Source: Entomortierella parvispora E1425
Taxonomy: Eukaryota; Fungi; Mortierellomycota
Direction of reading: 5' to 3'
NCBI GenBank assembly: GCA_020891255.1
Contig: BQFW01000012.1
Location: 992,001 to 1,056,000 of the forward strand
Length of the DNA stretch: 64,000 nt
The position numbers were made by a program, and so were the translations under genes. The notes under the pieces are model-generated. The model did not search any database, was not told the origin of the DNA, and worked only from the letters and a program-made list of their open reading frames with translations. This document shows positions 22,434 through 34,311 of the stretch, piece by piece. Every line of letters starts with the position of its first letter. Within the stretch, counting starts at the first letter, position 1.

Positions 22434-23959
22434 ACGACGCCTCTACTTTTGTCTTTCCCTGCTCCGTGTGCGTCTCTTCTATTGCTATCACCTCTTCGCA
22501 CTCTTCTTCAGACTGCTCTTCTTCTGCTGTCGCTACAACAACTCCCCTCTCGTCTTCAGCGCTCTCTTTCGCTACTTCAGAGTGTGTTTCCTCCAAGAGG
22601 CTTTTGTCCTTGAGGCTGGTGACTTCCTTCGTGATTGCCACAGTATTATTGTTAATTACATCGTCACTTCCCGCTTCAGCTTCGTCAACATATTCTTCGC
22701 ACTCACCTTCATGTCTGTGGTACGGTGCACCTCTGTACGACCCTCTGTTCGTGTTATAGTTTCCACCTCGGTAACCTGAGCGTCCTCCTCTGTAACCTCT
22801 GTAAGGTGCTTGGTACGAGTAGCCTGAAGCAGGTGCCCCCTGGTGGTTGCTGTGGGTGTTGCTTTCATTGCTGTTTGCGGATGAGCCATTCGTCACCGGC
22901 TTCTTGTTTTTCTTTGCATCTTCTCCTTCCTTGAGCACTCGTCGTCTGCGCGCTTCGTCAATTACTGTTTTCCATTCAGTGCAATCGTCAGGACCATAGG
23001 CATGAGGAATACTATCCATCAAAAAATCCAGCGTTCCAGTCTCAGGCATCGCCATTCCTATGTGTGCGAGCATACGCTTCTGCACTTCTGCTATCTGCAT
23101 GACGGTGAGTGTCAAGGAGGGGATTGACATGTGCAACGTTTGCGTGACGTCGGCGTGTTTCGGCAATTCTTTAACCCTGTATACTTCGACTAGACGTTTC
23201 AATCGATACTGGAGCTCCTTGTAACTCTCTCCCTTCTCCCTTCCAGCCTTGGCAAACTCATCCACTTCTAACGCTTTCTCCAGTAGAGTGAGCGCGGCGT
23301 CAACAAACTCCTGTTCGCATCGCTCCCAGTCCCATTCGCTTCCACGATCCGCTTCTCGTGTCACTACGAACGCGTCTGCAGCTTTTCGATCCAGATTCGC
23401 CAACGACAATAATCGGAAGCAGATTTTCTGGAATGCCAGATGTCCATACTTCAATTGACAGATGGTGCGGAATGTCAGTCGTCAACTTAATCTCCGATTC
23501 ATCAGACGACTTGGCGGCACCTGTGGCAACCAAAGCACCTGTAGTCGACTTGATCATCGTCGATCTCGTCGTTGACAGTCTCTCAGCTTCCCTGCTTTTG
23601 TTCAGATCCTCAACAATGGCGGACCATTCGACGATGCTCTCTTTAATGCCCTGGATCTCTTCCTTCACTTTTTCCAATGCGGCTTTATGGGCCGGTGTCT
23701 TACTGCTTGGACCCATGCTCTTGCGACCAAGTGTTATGCGTTGGTCTGTCTTGCTTTTCAACAGCTGTCCCTGTTCTTTCAAGCAATTCTGTGCCGACTC
23801 CAAGGTCAAAGGCTCATCGAAGGTCTCATCATCTACCTCCATGTGGGAGTCTTCTTCAGGTACGTCCTCAACCACTTCGGTTGGTACGACCACTTCACCA
23901 CTGCTCGTTCCAAGGTTGCCCTCTTCCTCCACTTGAGGAGTCTTCGAAGTCTTTGCCAT
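22434..23959 (-). pseudogene. gag: Gag of element D (frameshift near 23460)
   Basis: First ORF after the 5' LTR (ATG 23959), with a coiled-coil/helical region and an RGG/Y-rich stretch; continues into the inverted segment. Assigned by position. Confidence 0.75.
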
Positions 23960-24106
23960 TTCCTTGCGCTAGGGCAGGTAATATTTGTCAATGATATTGT
24001 CGTTGAGACAATCACAATGACCGATGCACGATCGATTATTGTTCACAAGGATGTATCCCAATGCCGATGGATGTAACCTTTTTGCGGATTGGATCCGATC
24101 TTGTAT

Positions 24107-24118
24107 TCGATAAAAAAA
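24107..24118 (-). promoter_or_regulatory. Atypical primer-binding position of D: TTTTTTTATCGA
   Basis: Abuts the 5' LTR end and lacks TGG. Complementary to LTR sequence TCGAT(A) (24152-24157) plus oligo(A). Confidence 0.6.
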
Positions 24119-24290
24119 TGGGATATTTTGGGCTCTCACTTACAATATGACTATCGAGACAAGAAGAAGGATCTTTATGTTCTGCCCTCGCACTCCTTTG
24201 ATAGGGGAGTGCGAGGGTGGCTTGCTACTAAACTAGGTTACTAAAATAAACATCCCTATTAATACACTTCAAGGCCCACGATATGCCACA
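24119..24290 (-). repeat. 5' LTR of element D (172 bp)
   Basis: TGTGGCATAT...ATATCCCA. A near-identical solo copy with TSD at 61611-61782 defines the ends. Confidence 0.94.
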
Positions 24291-24856
24291 TATAGTATCC
24301 GCTAGGCCAGACGCTTCTAACAGAAGATCAACCTTGTACGCATAGAGGTGGATATCGGCAAATGTTGCTGAATCCAAAGAGAAAAGCTTGTTCATCGCCT
24401 CAGCTTGCAGGAGTTCGATCGAAACAGCTCTTGGATACACTTCTCGACTGGAATCCAAGTGTTGATGGAGTTGTAATCGTAGTACGGAGGTGACTCTGTC
24501 TCAATCACATTGTCCATCTGGGAGGCTAGGTCCTTGCCCATTTGCTTGAGCATGTCTTCGAGCAACTTTACTTCGATACCAGCCTTGCGGAACGCCTTCA
24601 TCATGTACTGGCCCGCCATGATGTCGAACAAACTGCCCAGCTGGATCTTGTAAAACTCGGAGAACTCACGCATGAACTTGTTGATCGTACGAACAATCTC
24701 CATGGCATCAGTGCTGGCTTGGAAGTTGAGCTTGAGTTAAGGCTTATCATCGAAGTTTATCGGAATCACTCTGGAGAAGTCGATCTTCTCACTGTCCTTG
24801 AATACAGGAACGGCTTTCTCCTTCAAACGCCTGATGTCAATATGATACAAGTTGGA
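24291..24856 (-). pseudogene. Middle part of the gag-like ORF of element I (interrupted by H on the right and D on the left)
   Basis: The frame continues from 59764-59274 across the TTGGA TSD (PFNNSN|LYHIDIRR); contains a stop and a frameshift. Confidence 0.7.
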
Positions 24857-25088
24857 TGCAATAGTAAAGGCCAAGGGAAGAGCACGAAGATTGAATGATG
24901 TTTATTGATATGAAGTCCGGGGTATTTATACTAAAGGTTGTGGTGGTGGCAATGGTGGCAATGGTGGTAGTGGTTGTAGTTGACCCTTTGTGGCTTTGCT
25001 GTGAGTGAAGGCGCTGCACGGTCAGTCTGATTTGACTGTTGCACGAGGTCTATTTGTTTGCATCCTTCCCCTCTAAAAAAAAAACGGC

Positions 25089-27696
25089 TCAAGGTTTTCT
25101 GGTGCGTTCAAACTCTACAAGTGCTTCTTGGGCATTTGCGAGAGACCGTTTTGGTTCCCAAGTGGCATCGTCGAGGGTGTAGCCTTTCCAGAGAACGAGC
25201 CATTTCGGTGTTTTACGATCCATTTTGTAGTCCATCGTCAGTTGTGATCGGAAGGGGACGGTCGGTTGTGGTGCGGTTGAAGGAAGGTGGAGAGGTCGAT
25301 GTTGAAAACTGGATGCTGTTTCATACAGGGCTAGTTCAAACGCGTTGTCGTTGGCTTTACGTGTGATCCGAAATGGGCCGATGTATTTCGGTTCCAGTTT
25401 ACGTGCTGGGCGGTTTTGACGAGCTGCAAGTGACAAGTGGTCTGCATTGAGGAGCACCATGTCGCCCACTTTGAAGGTTGATGGTCGTCTTGCCTTATCT
25501 GCTTGTGTTTTCTGCCGCTCCTGTGCCTGATGGATGACGTCTTGAGCTTGCGTGAGGGCGCTTTGTTGTTGCAAAATAAACTCGGTAGCTGCGGGAGTGT
25601 TGGTTTGGATTGGGTGCAGTAATGCGGACGGGGTAACTGGATCGTGCCCGTAGTTTAATCGGAAAGGAGAGAAGCCTGTGGGCGGGTTTTGGGAGTTATT
25701 GTAAGCAAACTCCATCATTGGGAGTAGGACGTCCCAATCTTTTTGGTTGTACGAGATATAGGCGCGTAGCATCTCTTCTAGTGTACTGTTGCTCGCTCTG
25801 TTTGACCGTCCGATTGGGGATGGAACGAGGTTGACATATCGAGTTTGGTGTCCATAAGGCCCATGAGGGTGGTCCAGAAGTGGCCTGTGAATCGTGAGTC
25901 GCGGTCGGAGACGATTGCTCGGGGCATGCCATGGAGACGGAAGACTTCTCGGAAGAAGATACGTGCTACATCAGCAGCCGTATCGGTGGTGTTGCTTGGG
26001 CAGAAATGGACTTGTTTTGACAGTTTATCGACGAAGACAGTGATCGCATCATAGCCACGGGCAGTCTTTGGTAGTTTGACAATAAAATCCATAGAGACCG
26101 TATCCCATCGTTGTCCTGGGATCGCAAGTGGCATATAGAGTCCCGCTGGTTGTTGTAGGGATGGTTTGTTCCTCTGGCAGAGGTCGCATGAGAGAACGTA
26201 CGCTTTTGTGTCTTTGGCCAGGCGGGGCCAGTAAAAGCGCCTGCAGAGGAGGTCGTAGGTCTTGTCGAATCCGAGGTGTCCTGCCAGTTTGGAGTCGTGG
26301 GCATCGTGCAGGAGTTGATTCCGAATTTTGTCGTTGTCGGGGATGCATAGCCGAGTGCGTCCTGCAATGTTGGTGAACAAAAGGCCCTCACTGAGGAAGT
26401 AGCGATCTGTAGGGGCGGCGTCTTTGTGTAACTCCATGATCTTCATACATTTTGGGTCATCGGCGTATCCCTGGCGTAGTTGATCGTGAAGTGAGGGGTC
26501 GATGTCCACCTGCAAGGATGCTAGGGATGTTTGATCTGGTGGTTTGTCTTGGTGGTCTGGTCTTCTGGACAGGGCGTCGGGCACTATGTTGTCCACACCT
26601 CGTTTGTACCGGAAGTCGAAATTGTACTCCTGTAGCAACTCCATCCAGCGGGCTTGTCGCCTGGTAAGGTTGGGTTGAGTGGGGAAGTGTTGGAGGGTGG
26701 CGTGGTCCGTGTACACTATGAAGTGAGATCCATCGAGATAGTATCGCCAAGTGCGAAGGGCATGGACCACTGCCAGTAACTCCTGTTCGTGGACGGGTAG
26801 TTGCGCTCGGCCGGGTTGAGTTTGCGGGACGTGAAGGCGACAGGCCTTGATCTGCCAAATTGGTCGGTCTGGAAGAGGACAGCACCAATGGCAAATCCTG
26901 AGGCATCGGTGTCGATCGCGGTGGACAAGGCGGGATCAAAAATTCGGAGAACAGGGGCTGAAGTGATCGCAGCTTTAAGTTTGTTGAAGGCGGCTTGAGC
27001 TTTTCTGGACCAGGTGAAGGGGGTTGTACGATTTAGCAGCTCTGTGAGAGGCAGTGCAATGTCTGCGTATCCTTTGACATACTGGCGGTAGAAGTTGGCA
27101 AGGCCAAGGAATTGCAAGAGTTCACGGAGTGTCCTGGGTTGAGGCCATTCACGTATTGCCTTGACCAATCCTCCATTGGTTTTGATACCGTCCTTGGATA
27201 TGATGTGGCCCAAAAACTCTGTTTCTTCTTGCATGAAAGAGCATTTCGATAACTTAGCGTAGAGGCGATGTTCTCGTAGGAGGGTCAGGACCTTGCGGAT
27301 ATCCTCGATATGTTCCTCTTCTGTGTCCGAATAGATCAGGATGTCATCAAGATAGAGTACTACACATTTGTCAATGACAGGCGCGAGGGCTGTCCGCATG
27401 AGGGTTGAGAACCATGCTGGTGCATTTGTGAGCCCAAATGGGACCACATTGAACTCGTAATGGCCGTACCGTGTGCGAAAAGCGGTCTTGTGGCGATCGT
27501 CGGGGTGGATTTGCATCTGATAGTAGCCAGATCGGAGGTCCAGTTTGCTGAAGAACCGGGCGGTCTTGAAGCGGTCGATCAGTTCGTCGATACGGGGCAG
27601 AGGGTGACGGTTTTTGCGGGTGATGCGATTCAATCCACGGTAATCAATGCAAAGACGTAGGCCACCATCTTTCTTTTTGGTGAAAAGAACAGGGGC
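25089..27696 (-). pseudogene. pol: RT-RH-IN-chromodomain of H
   Basis: YLDD, DTDASG, IVSDRD, YIGPF and the chromodomain WLVLWKGYTLDDATWEP; several -1 indels. Confidence 0.93.
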
Positions 27697-27925
27697 TGTA
27701 ACAGGAATACGGTGACATCACGCGATGTGTACCTACAAAAGCTAGAAACTTGCAATATAATAAAACTCACTTCTTGTCTCCACTCCACCCTCGATACTCC
27801 TATTGCATGGTAGCAAAGGTTTTCGATCCACTGACCTCACTGACCCACTGACCCTCCGACACACTTACACCCTGGACCCCCTCGTATCCCTCTTCGATCA
27901 ACTCTCCCTCGACAATTCACCCAAC

Positions 27926-28846
27926 ATGGACCCCGCGACACCGTCATTCAAATTCCCTCATCCAACACCGTTCAACGGCAAGCGCGACGGATTCTCTGTT
28001 CTCGGTTTTCTGAAACGCATGACCTTTTTCTTCGATGGCGCTGGAATTGCCGAATCTCGCAAGGTCGGGGTTACCCTTGCCTTTGCCGGCGATGAGGTTA
28101 TCGGCTGGTGGGCACTCTTAAACAAGCCATCCGACACCTCATTCCCGGATTTCAGCGAGCTCCTTGCCACCGAGTTCAGTCCTGCGAAGTTTAAGGAGCA
28201 CATTCTCGCCCTCACAATGCAAATGAAAATGACACTACCATTGAACATCTCCAACGTCATGGCCTATATTACCAAAGCCCGTGAATACCACCTGCTCCTC
28301 CAGTCTTACTACGCCGACAACGCAGTTCTCAACGATACTATCCGTACTGCCTTTCTCAGTGGTGCACCTACTCAGCTTCGCCAGATGCTGGAAGTGGCCA
28401 TTGTTAATGCAGGCAACGACACCATAGATCTGCCCAGACTCTTCAAGGCCGCGGAGGAGTTCGGTCGTATCTTCCACACTGGAGACCCATCACTCGGTGC
28501 CAAAGCACTGGCTGCCTCGGGATCCTCTGCTGGTATCACCGACCCCAACGCAATGGAAGTGGACAATATTCATATCCAACTCAACAATATCCATAAGCAA
28601 CTCGGCACCCTTCACCGCTCCTTACAGAACCGCCCCACCAACGGTACTAACAACCCTTCTCGAGATCGCCCCGCACCCCTGACCGCCGCCGACCGAGAGT
28701 ACCTTGTACGTAACGGTGGCTGCTTCCGCTGCCGCGAATTGGGTCACATCAGTCCCAATTGCCCTAAGTACGGCAACGGCAGCCGAGGAATTAATCAAGT
28801 AACCGCGGGTGAATCCCCTGATTCGGGAAAAGCCTCCGGCAACTAG
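27926..28846 (+). CDS. gag: Gag of A2
   Basis: Protein identical to A1 gag. Confidence 0.92.
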   Translation: MDPATPSFKFPHPTPFNGKRDGFSVLGFLKRMTFFFDGAGIAESRKVGVTLAFAGDEVIGWWALLNKPSDTSFPDFSELLATEFSPAKFKEHILALTMQMKMTLPLNISNVMAYITKAREYHLLLQSYYADNAVLNDTIRTAFLSGAPTQLRQMLEVAIVNAGNDTIDLPRLFKAAEEFGRIFHTGDPSLGAKALAASGSSAGITDPNAMEVDNIHIQLNNIHKQLGTLHRSLQNRPTNGTNNPSRDRPAPLTAADREYLVRNGGCFRCRELGHISPNCPKYGNGSRGINQVTAGESPDSGKASGN

Positions 28847-31800
28847 GGTCGGTCCGGACCCCAGTTGTCGAAACTGTAGCCAACAACCCTGAGCTAAGTA
28901 CCTCAAATAAAACTTCACTTGATTCTACACCTCAGAAACATGACTCCAATCATGACAAGCGAACTCACATCCACGATGCTCTGGTTGTTCTATCGGACCG
29001 AAACCAAAACCAAACCAAAAAACCTGTTGCCTCGCCCGCTCCAGTTGCCCTGTCCGCTCCTCTACCTAGATCCTCCGATACAGATGAACCGGACCCTCTC
29101 GCTGTACCGCCGGCACCTAGTGTACCTCTGTCCAAAAGTCAGTTGAAGAAGTTGAAGCGTCGTGCGATTCGCCTACACGAATTCACTGTCCAAAAGGCAG
29201 AGAGCCAACTGCTCACTTTCATCGGTTCTGTCAATGGCCACGCTGCCAGAATCCTGATTGATGGTGGTGCAGAAGGTAATATTATCAGTTCGTCTTTTCA
29301 AAAGCGACACCAGCTCCTCCGCACTGAATGCTTGCCCATCCCCATCCTCCTCCCCAATGGCTCTTCCTCCCTCACATCACACACCGTCCCCATCACCCTC
29401 AACCGCAGCGACTACTCCGATTCGCTCAACCCTATTCTCTATCCTCTCAACAAATACGACCTCATCCTTGGCAAACCCTGGCTCACCAAAGTTAACCCTT
29501 GCATCAATTGGCGCACCAACGATCTTCATTTCACTCACAATGGAATCGATGTCAAATGGAGCTGCCGCGGCTTCAAGGCCGATCACATCCAAAGCCGCAC
29601 CAAAGGACTCCTCCTCACACACATGCACTTTCATTCCATGGCAACCCTGCCCGGCTCGGAGGTGTTCCTGGCCCTTATTCGCAACACCCCAGAGCCCTCT
29701 GAAGAAACTGACCAACCGCGTACAATTCCCGATATGACCCCCAGAGGTGCGGTCCATTGTCATGGAAGAGTTCGCTGATGTCTTTCCGGAGAAACTCCCG
29801 GACGGCCTGCCCCCAGACCGTGGTGATGCTATGAAGATCGAGACCGACCCGACAGCCGACCCACCCTTCCGCCCTGTCATTAGACTTTCAATCGCCGAGC
29901 TTGACGAACTTCGCAAACAACTGGACCAATTGCTAGCAGCAGGTTTTATCAAACCCAGTACCTCTCCCTATGGCGCCCCCGTGCTCTTTGTGCGGAAGAA
30001 GGACGGCACACTCCGAATGTGCGTCGACTACCGTGGCCTCAACAAGATCACCAGGAAGAACAGACACCCGTTGCCCCGTATCGACGAGCTACTTGACCGC
30101 TTCCGTGGAGCACGCTATTACTCCAAGTTGGACTTGTTATCCGGTTATCATCAGCAGCGTATCTTTGAACCACACACACACAAGACTGCCTTCCGTTGTC
30201 GCTATGGTCACTTTGAATTCAATGTTGTTCCCTTTGGCCTTACTAACGCTCCTGCTTCGTTCTCCAATATGATGTTGCGAGTACTCGATCCAGTCTTGGA
30301 CAAATGGGTTGTCGTGTATCTCGACGATCTGTTGATCTACTCCAAGACAAAGAAAGAACACCTGCAGCATCTCCGAAGCGTCCTGGCTCTCCTCCGCAAG
30401 AATGGTCTGTACGCGAAATTGAGCAAGTGCTCCTTCATGCAAGACGAAACTGAATTTTTGGGCCACACCATCACCAAGGACGGGATCAAAACATCGGCCG
30501 GGCTCAGCAAAGCCATCAGTGACTGGCCCACCCCCAAGAGCACAAAGGACGTCCAGCAATTTTTGGGGCTTGCGCAATTTTATCAACAGTACGTATCGGG
30601 CTTTGCAGGGATTGCCCTCCCTCTCTCTTCCCTCCTCGCCAACAACACTCCCTTCAAATGGACCGACGAACAACAATCTGCATTCCTTCAGCTCAAACGC
30701 GCCATCTGCTCCGCCCCCGTCCTCCGCATCTTCGACCCTGATCTCTCACCTTTGTCGAAACAGATGCATCCGGTTTCGCCATCGGTGCAGTGCTGCTGCA
30801 GACTGACCGGGAAGGGAATACCCATCCCATCGCATTCACTTCCAGGAAAATGCAGTCAGCTGAGCGGAACTACCCTGTCCATGAGCAGGAACTGTTGGCT
30901 GTCATCCATGCGCTCCGCACTTGGCGCTACTACCTCGATGGAACCAAGTTCAGCGTCCACACCGACCACGCCACCCTCCGCCACTTCCCCCACACAGCCC
31001 AAACTCACTCGTCGACAGGCTCGCTGGATGGAGTTGCTTCAGGAATACGACTTTGACTTCAAGTACAAGCGAGGAGTTGACAACATCGTCCCAGACGCTC
31101 TCTCCCGACGACCGGACTACCGCGAGCCTGACCCTGTTGAGCTATACAACCTCAGCGTCTCCCTGTCCCCGGACGTCCGTGACCAGCTTGTCCAGGACTA
31201 CAACGACGATCCTCGACTTGGACCCATCTACAAGGATTGCCTGGATGGGAAGGTTGCCAATGGATATTCATTCCAGAACAACCTCCTCTACTTTACCCGA
31301 CGTGGAGCAACCACCCTGGCCATCCCTCGGCACTCCCCGATCCGCCTCACTCTCTTGCACGACGCTCACGACTCTGCCACTGCTGGACACTTTGGTTTTC
31401 AAAAGACTTACGACAACCTGCGCCGTTTCGTATATTGGCCCCACATCGCCAAGGATACCCAGCAGTATGTAGCAACCTGCGAGAAGTGTCAAAGGAACAA
31501 GGACTCACAGGATCGACCAGCTGGACTCTTGCAACCGCTACCCATTCCTTCGCAACGTTGGGAGGTAGTCACCATGGACTTCATCGGCCCTCTTCCGCCC
31601 ACAGCTAGAAATTTTGACGCCATCACAGTGTTTGTCGACAAGCTGACCAAGCAAGCTCACTTCGTCCCCAGTACTACCTCTGCCACAGCCGTCGACGTCG
31701 CCCACCAGTTTTTTGACAACATCTTTAAGCTGCATGGCACACCAACATCCATCATCTCGGACCGCGACACTCGATTCACTAGTAGATTCTGGCAAGAGTT

Positions 31801-32642
31801 GCACAGGCTAATGGATGTCAAACTTGCACTGTCAACCGCCTACCACCCACAGACGGATGGGCAGACAGAGGTTATGAACAAGACGCTGAAGACTATGTTG
31901 AGAGCGTTTATTGACAACAAGCAGTCTAACTGGGACCAGCTCCTTCCGTCACTGGAATTCGCCTATAACAACGCTGTCAATGCATCCACGGGATACTCGC
32001 CGTTCTTCCTCAACTCTGGCCAGCACCCTCGTCTCCCCCACCGCTCTCCTCGGTAAACCCAGCAGCTCAGTCCCCACTGTCGATACCTTCCTGACTGAGC
32101 AGGCGACCACCCTTGCCCTGGCCCAGGATGCTCTGCAGCGTGCTCAGGATCATCAGGAGCAACAGGCAAACAAGCGACGACGGGATCACAAGTACAAGGT
32201 TGGCGATAAGGTCCTGCTGCGTGCCACCAATATCACCATCCCTGCCGACAGTATCAGACCAGCCGATAAACTTCGACCTCAATTCCTTGGCCCGTTCACA
32301 CTTTTGGAGCAACACTCACCTGTCACCTTCCGCGTCGAGCTGCCACCATTCTACAAAATCCATGACGTCTTCCACGTTGATACCTTTCGACCCTATTTGC
32401 CGTCCCCGGAGTCACTCGGCATTCGAGCTCCTGCCCCCGTGGATCCCACTGTAATTGACGGCGAAGAGGAGTATGAAGTGGACGAAATTTTAAAGTACCG
32501 CTTCTACCGCAGACAACACCAGTTCCTAGTGTCATTCAAAGGCTACGGCAGAGAAGCTGACGAATGGCTCCCAGTAAGCAACTTGGACAACTGCATGGAC
32601 TTGGTCACAACCTTCAAAGAGCAGCACGGTATCATTTTTTAA
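28825..32642 (+). CDS. pol: Pol of A2 with indels
   Basis: The -1 frame from GGGAAAA runs directly into the protease ORF 29143..29778; RT, RH, IN and chromodomain as in A1. Confidence 0.9.
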
Positions 32643-32763
32643 AAGGGGAAGGTGTAACAGGAATACGGTGACATCACGCGATGTGTACCTACAAAAGCTA
32701 GAAACTTGCAATATAATAAAACTCACTTCTTGTCTCCACTCCACCCTCGATACTCCTATTGCA

Positions 32764-33836
32764 GGGGCACCGAATGGCGAAATGCTGGGGGAGATAAAGC
32801 CTTTGTGGAGGAGGTCTTGCAGTTGTCGCTGGAGCTCATCAAGTTCAGCCATTGATAGGCGGATGACTGGTCGGACAGGTGGGTCGGCGTTGGGGTCGGT
32901 ATCGATGTGGATTTCAGTGCCGCGATCTGGGGGAAGTCCTGGTGGGAGGTCATCGGGGAAGACATCGGGGAACTCAACGTGTACAAGGTGGCGGATGGCA
33001 TTTGGGAGTGGTTTGGGAGTAGGGGTTTGGTCTGGAGTTTGGTCTGGGCTGGTGTTTGTGTCGGTAGGGGTGTCGGTGGGGGTGGGGGCGAATTTGACGT
33101 GGGCGAGGTAGATCGTGTGAGAGGGGTCTTGGGCGGTAGCAATGAAGTTAATGGCGGAGAGTAGGCGAGTGGTGTTCTTCTGTTTTTGTTTGGCAGGGGT
33201 TGAGAATCCAGTGCAAGTCCAGTGGGTGTGTACTCCATTGTGTTCGAATTCGACGTCATTGGTGCGATAGCTGACACGAGGATCGATGGCGGTCAACCAT
33301 GGTTTGCCAAGGATAAGGTCATATTTTCGTAAGGGATACACGATGGCTTCGATGTTGTCGGAGTAAGTGCCACGCTTGAAGTCGATGGAGGCAGTGTGGT
33401 GGGTGAGGGTTGCGTTACCATTGGGGAGAATGACTGGGATGGGGTCCCCTTCTTGGAGGCTGATTTTGTTGGCACGGCAATAGCTCTGACTGATAACGTT
33501 TCCTTCCGCACCACCGTCGATGAGAGTGCGGGCTGGGCGTCCGTTGAAAGCGGCGGTGAAGGTGAGGAGTCGGCGGGAGTTCCGGAAGAAGGTCTGGAAT
33601 GATAGTAGTCGGATTGGTCGTGTTTTGTGGGGAGGGGATGAGGGTGGTGCTTGGTGTTCAGGAGTGGTGGTGGGCTCAAGGAATTTTTGGATGGACTCTT
33701 TTAGATCGTGGACACGCAACAATGGGACTTCAAAAAGATTTGTATTCTTTTGAGACGTGCTACTACTAAAACTAGTCTGTTGGTCTTTGGTTTGGGCGGA
33801 ACTATCCTTTTCTAATTCTCGCCCTGAGCGTTTCCC
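32764..33836 (-). pseudogene. pol: Protease and RT start of H
   Basis: [10 protein letters not shown] motif; open -1 frame from G GGA AAC (33830-33836). Confidence 0.92.
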
Positions 33837-34190
33837 GATTCTTCGTTGGTGTTGTTGCTGTTGGCGGGGGTGCCAGTGTTGTTAAGAGATCGTCGGGGGC
33901 CAGTGTTGGGGAAGGAAACGCGACAGTCTTTGCTTCTATGACCAGGCTGTCGGCACCGGAAGCAGGCACCTATGCGTATCAATTCGGCTCGGATTTCAGG
34001 AGTAAGCTTCTTTGGGAGCTGGTTGTATCGTCCAAAAGCGTTGATATTGGTGGCATTGGCTCCTTGGAAGAGCGCAGCCATTTGAGCCATGAAAACGTGC
34101 ATGGAGTCGAGGTCCATAGGTGTAGGGCCAGAGGTTGGGGGCGGGGGAGTGGGTTGGGTTGGAAGGTCTTGAGGGTGTGTAGGGTGCAGG
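33812..34190 (-). pseudogene. gag: Gag C-terminus of H
   Basis: CFRCRQPGHRSKDC knuckle; ends SGNAQGEN*. Confidence 0.9.
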
Positions 34191-34311
34191 TGCAATAGGA
34201 GTATCGAGGGTGGAGTGGAGACAAGAAGTGAGTTTTATTATATTGCAAGTTTCTAGCTTTTGTAGGTACACATCGCGTGATGTCACCGTATTCCTGTTAC
34301 ACCTTCCCCTT

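Larger units (their letters stand above)
2294..24290 (-). mobile_element. Chromovirus element D, fragmented by F, B1, a Helitron and solo C LTRs; 3' LTR outside the window
   Basis: Reading frames rejoin across each insertion (YRPGVLN|VLPDALSR, RILGD|LKFVRNF, SHCP|IPEMKV, KVEAS|SEEIK). 5' LTR at 24119-24290. Confidence 0.9.
27697..32763 (+). mobile_element. Chromovirus A2, full length
   Basis: 111-bp LTRs at 27697-27807 and 32653-32763; TSD GGGGC at 27692-27696 and 32764-32768; inserted in H RT. Confidence 0.97.

Noticed and set aside
24107-24160. Classical Tf1-type 5'-end self-priming for D and I
   Set aside because: Only 6 templated nt are complementary, and the T7 adjacent to the LTR has no templated A-run partner in the LTR.
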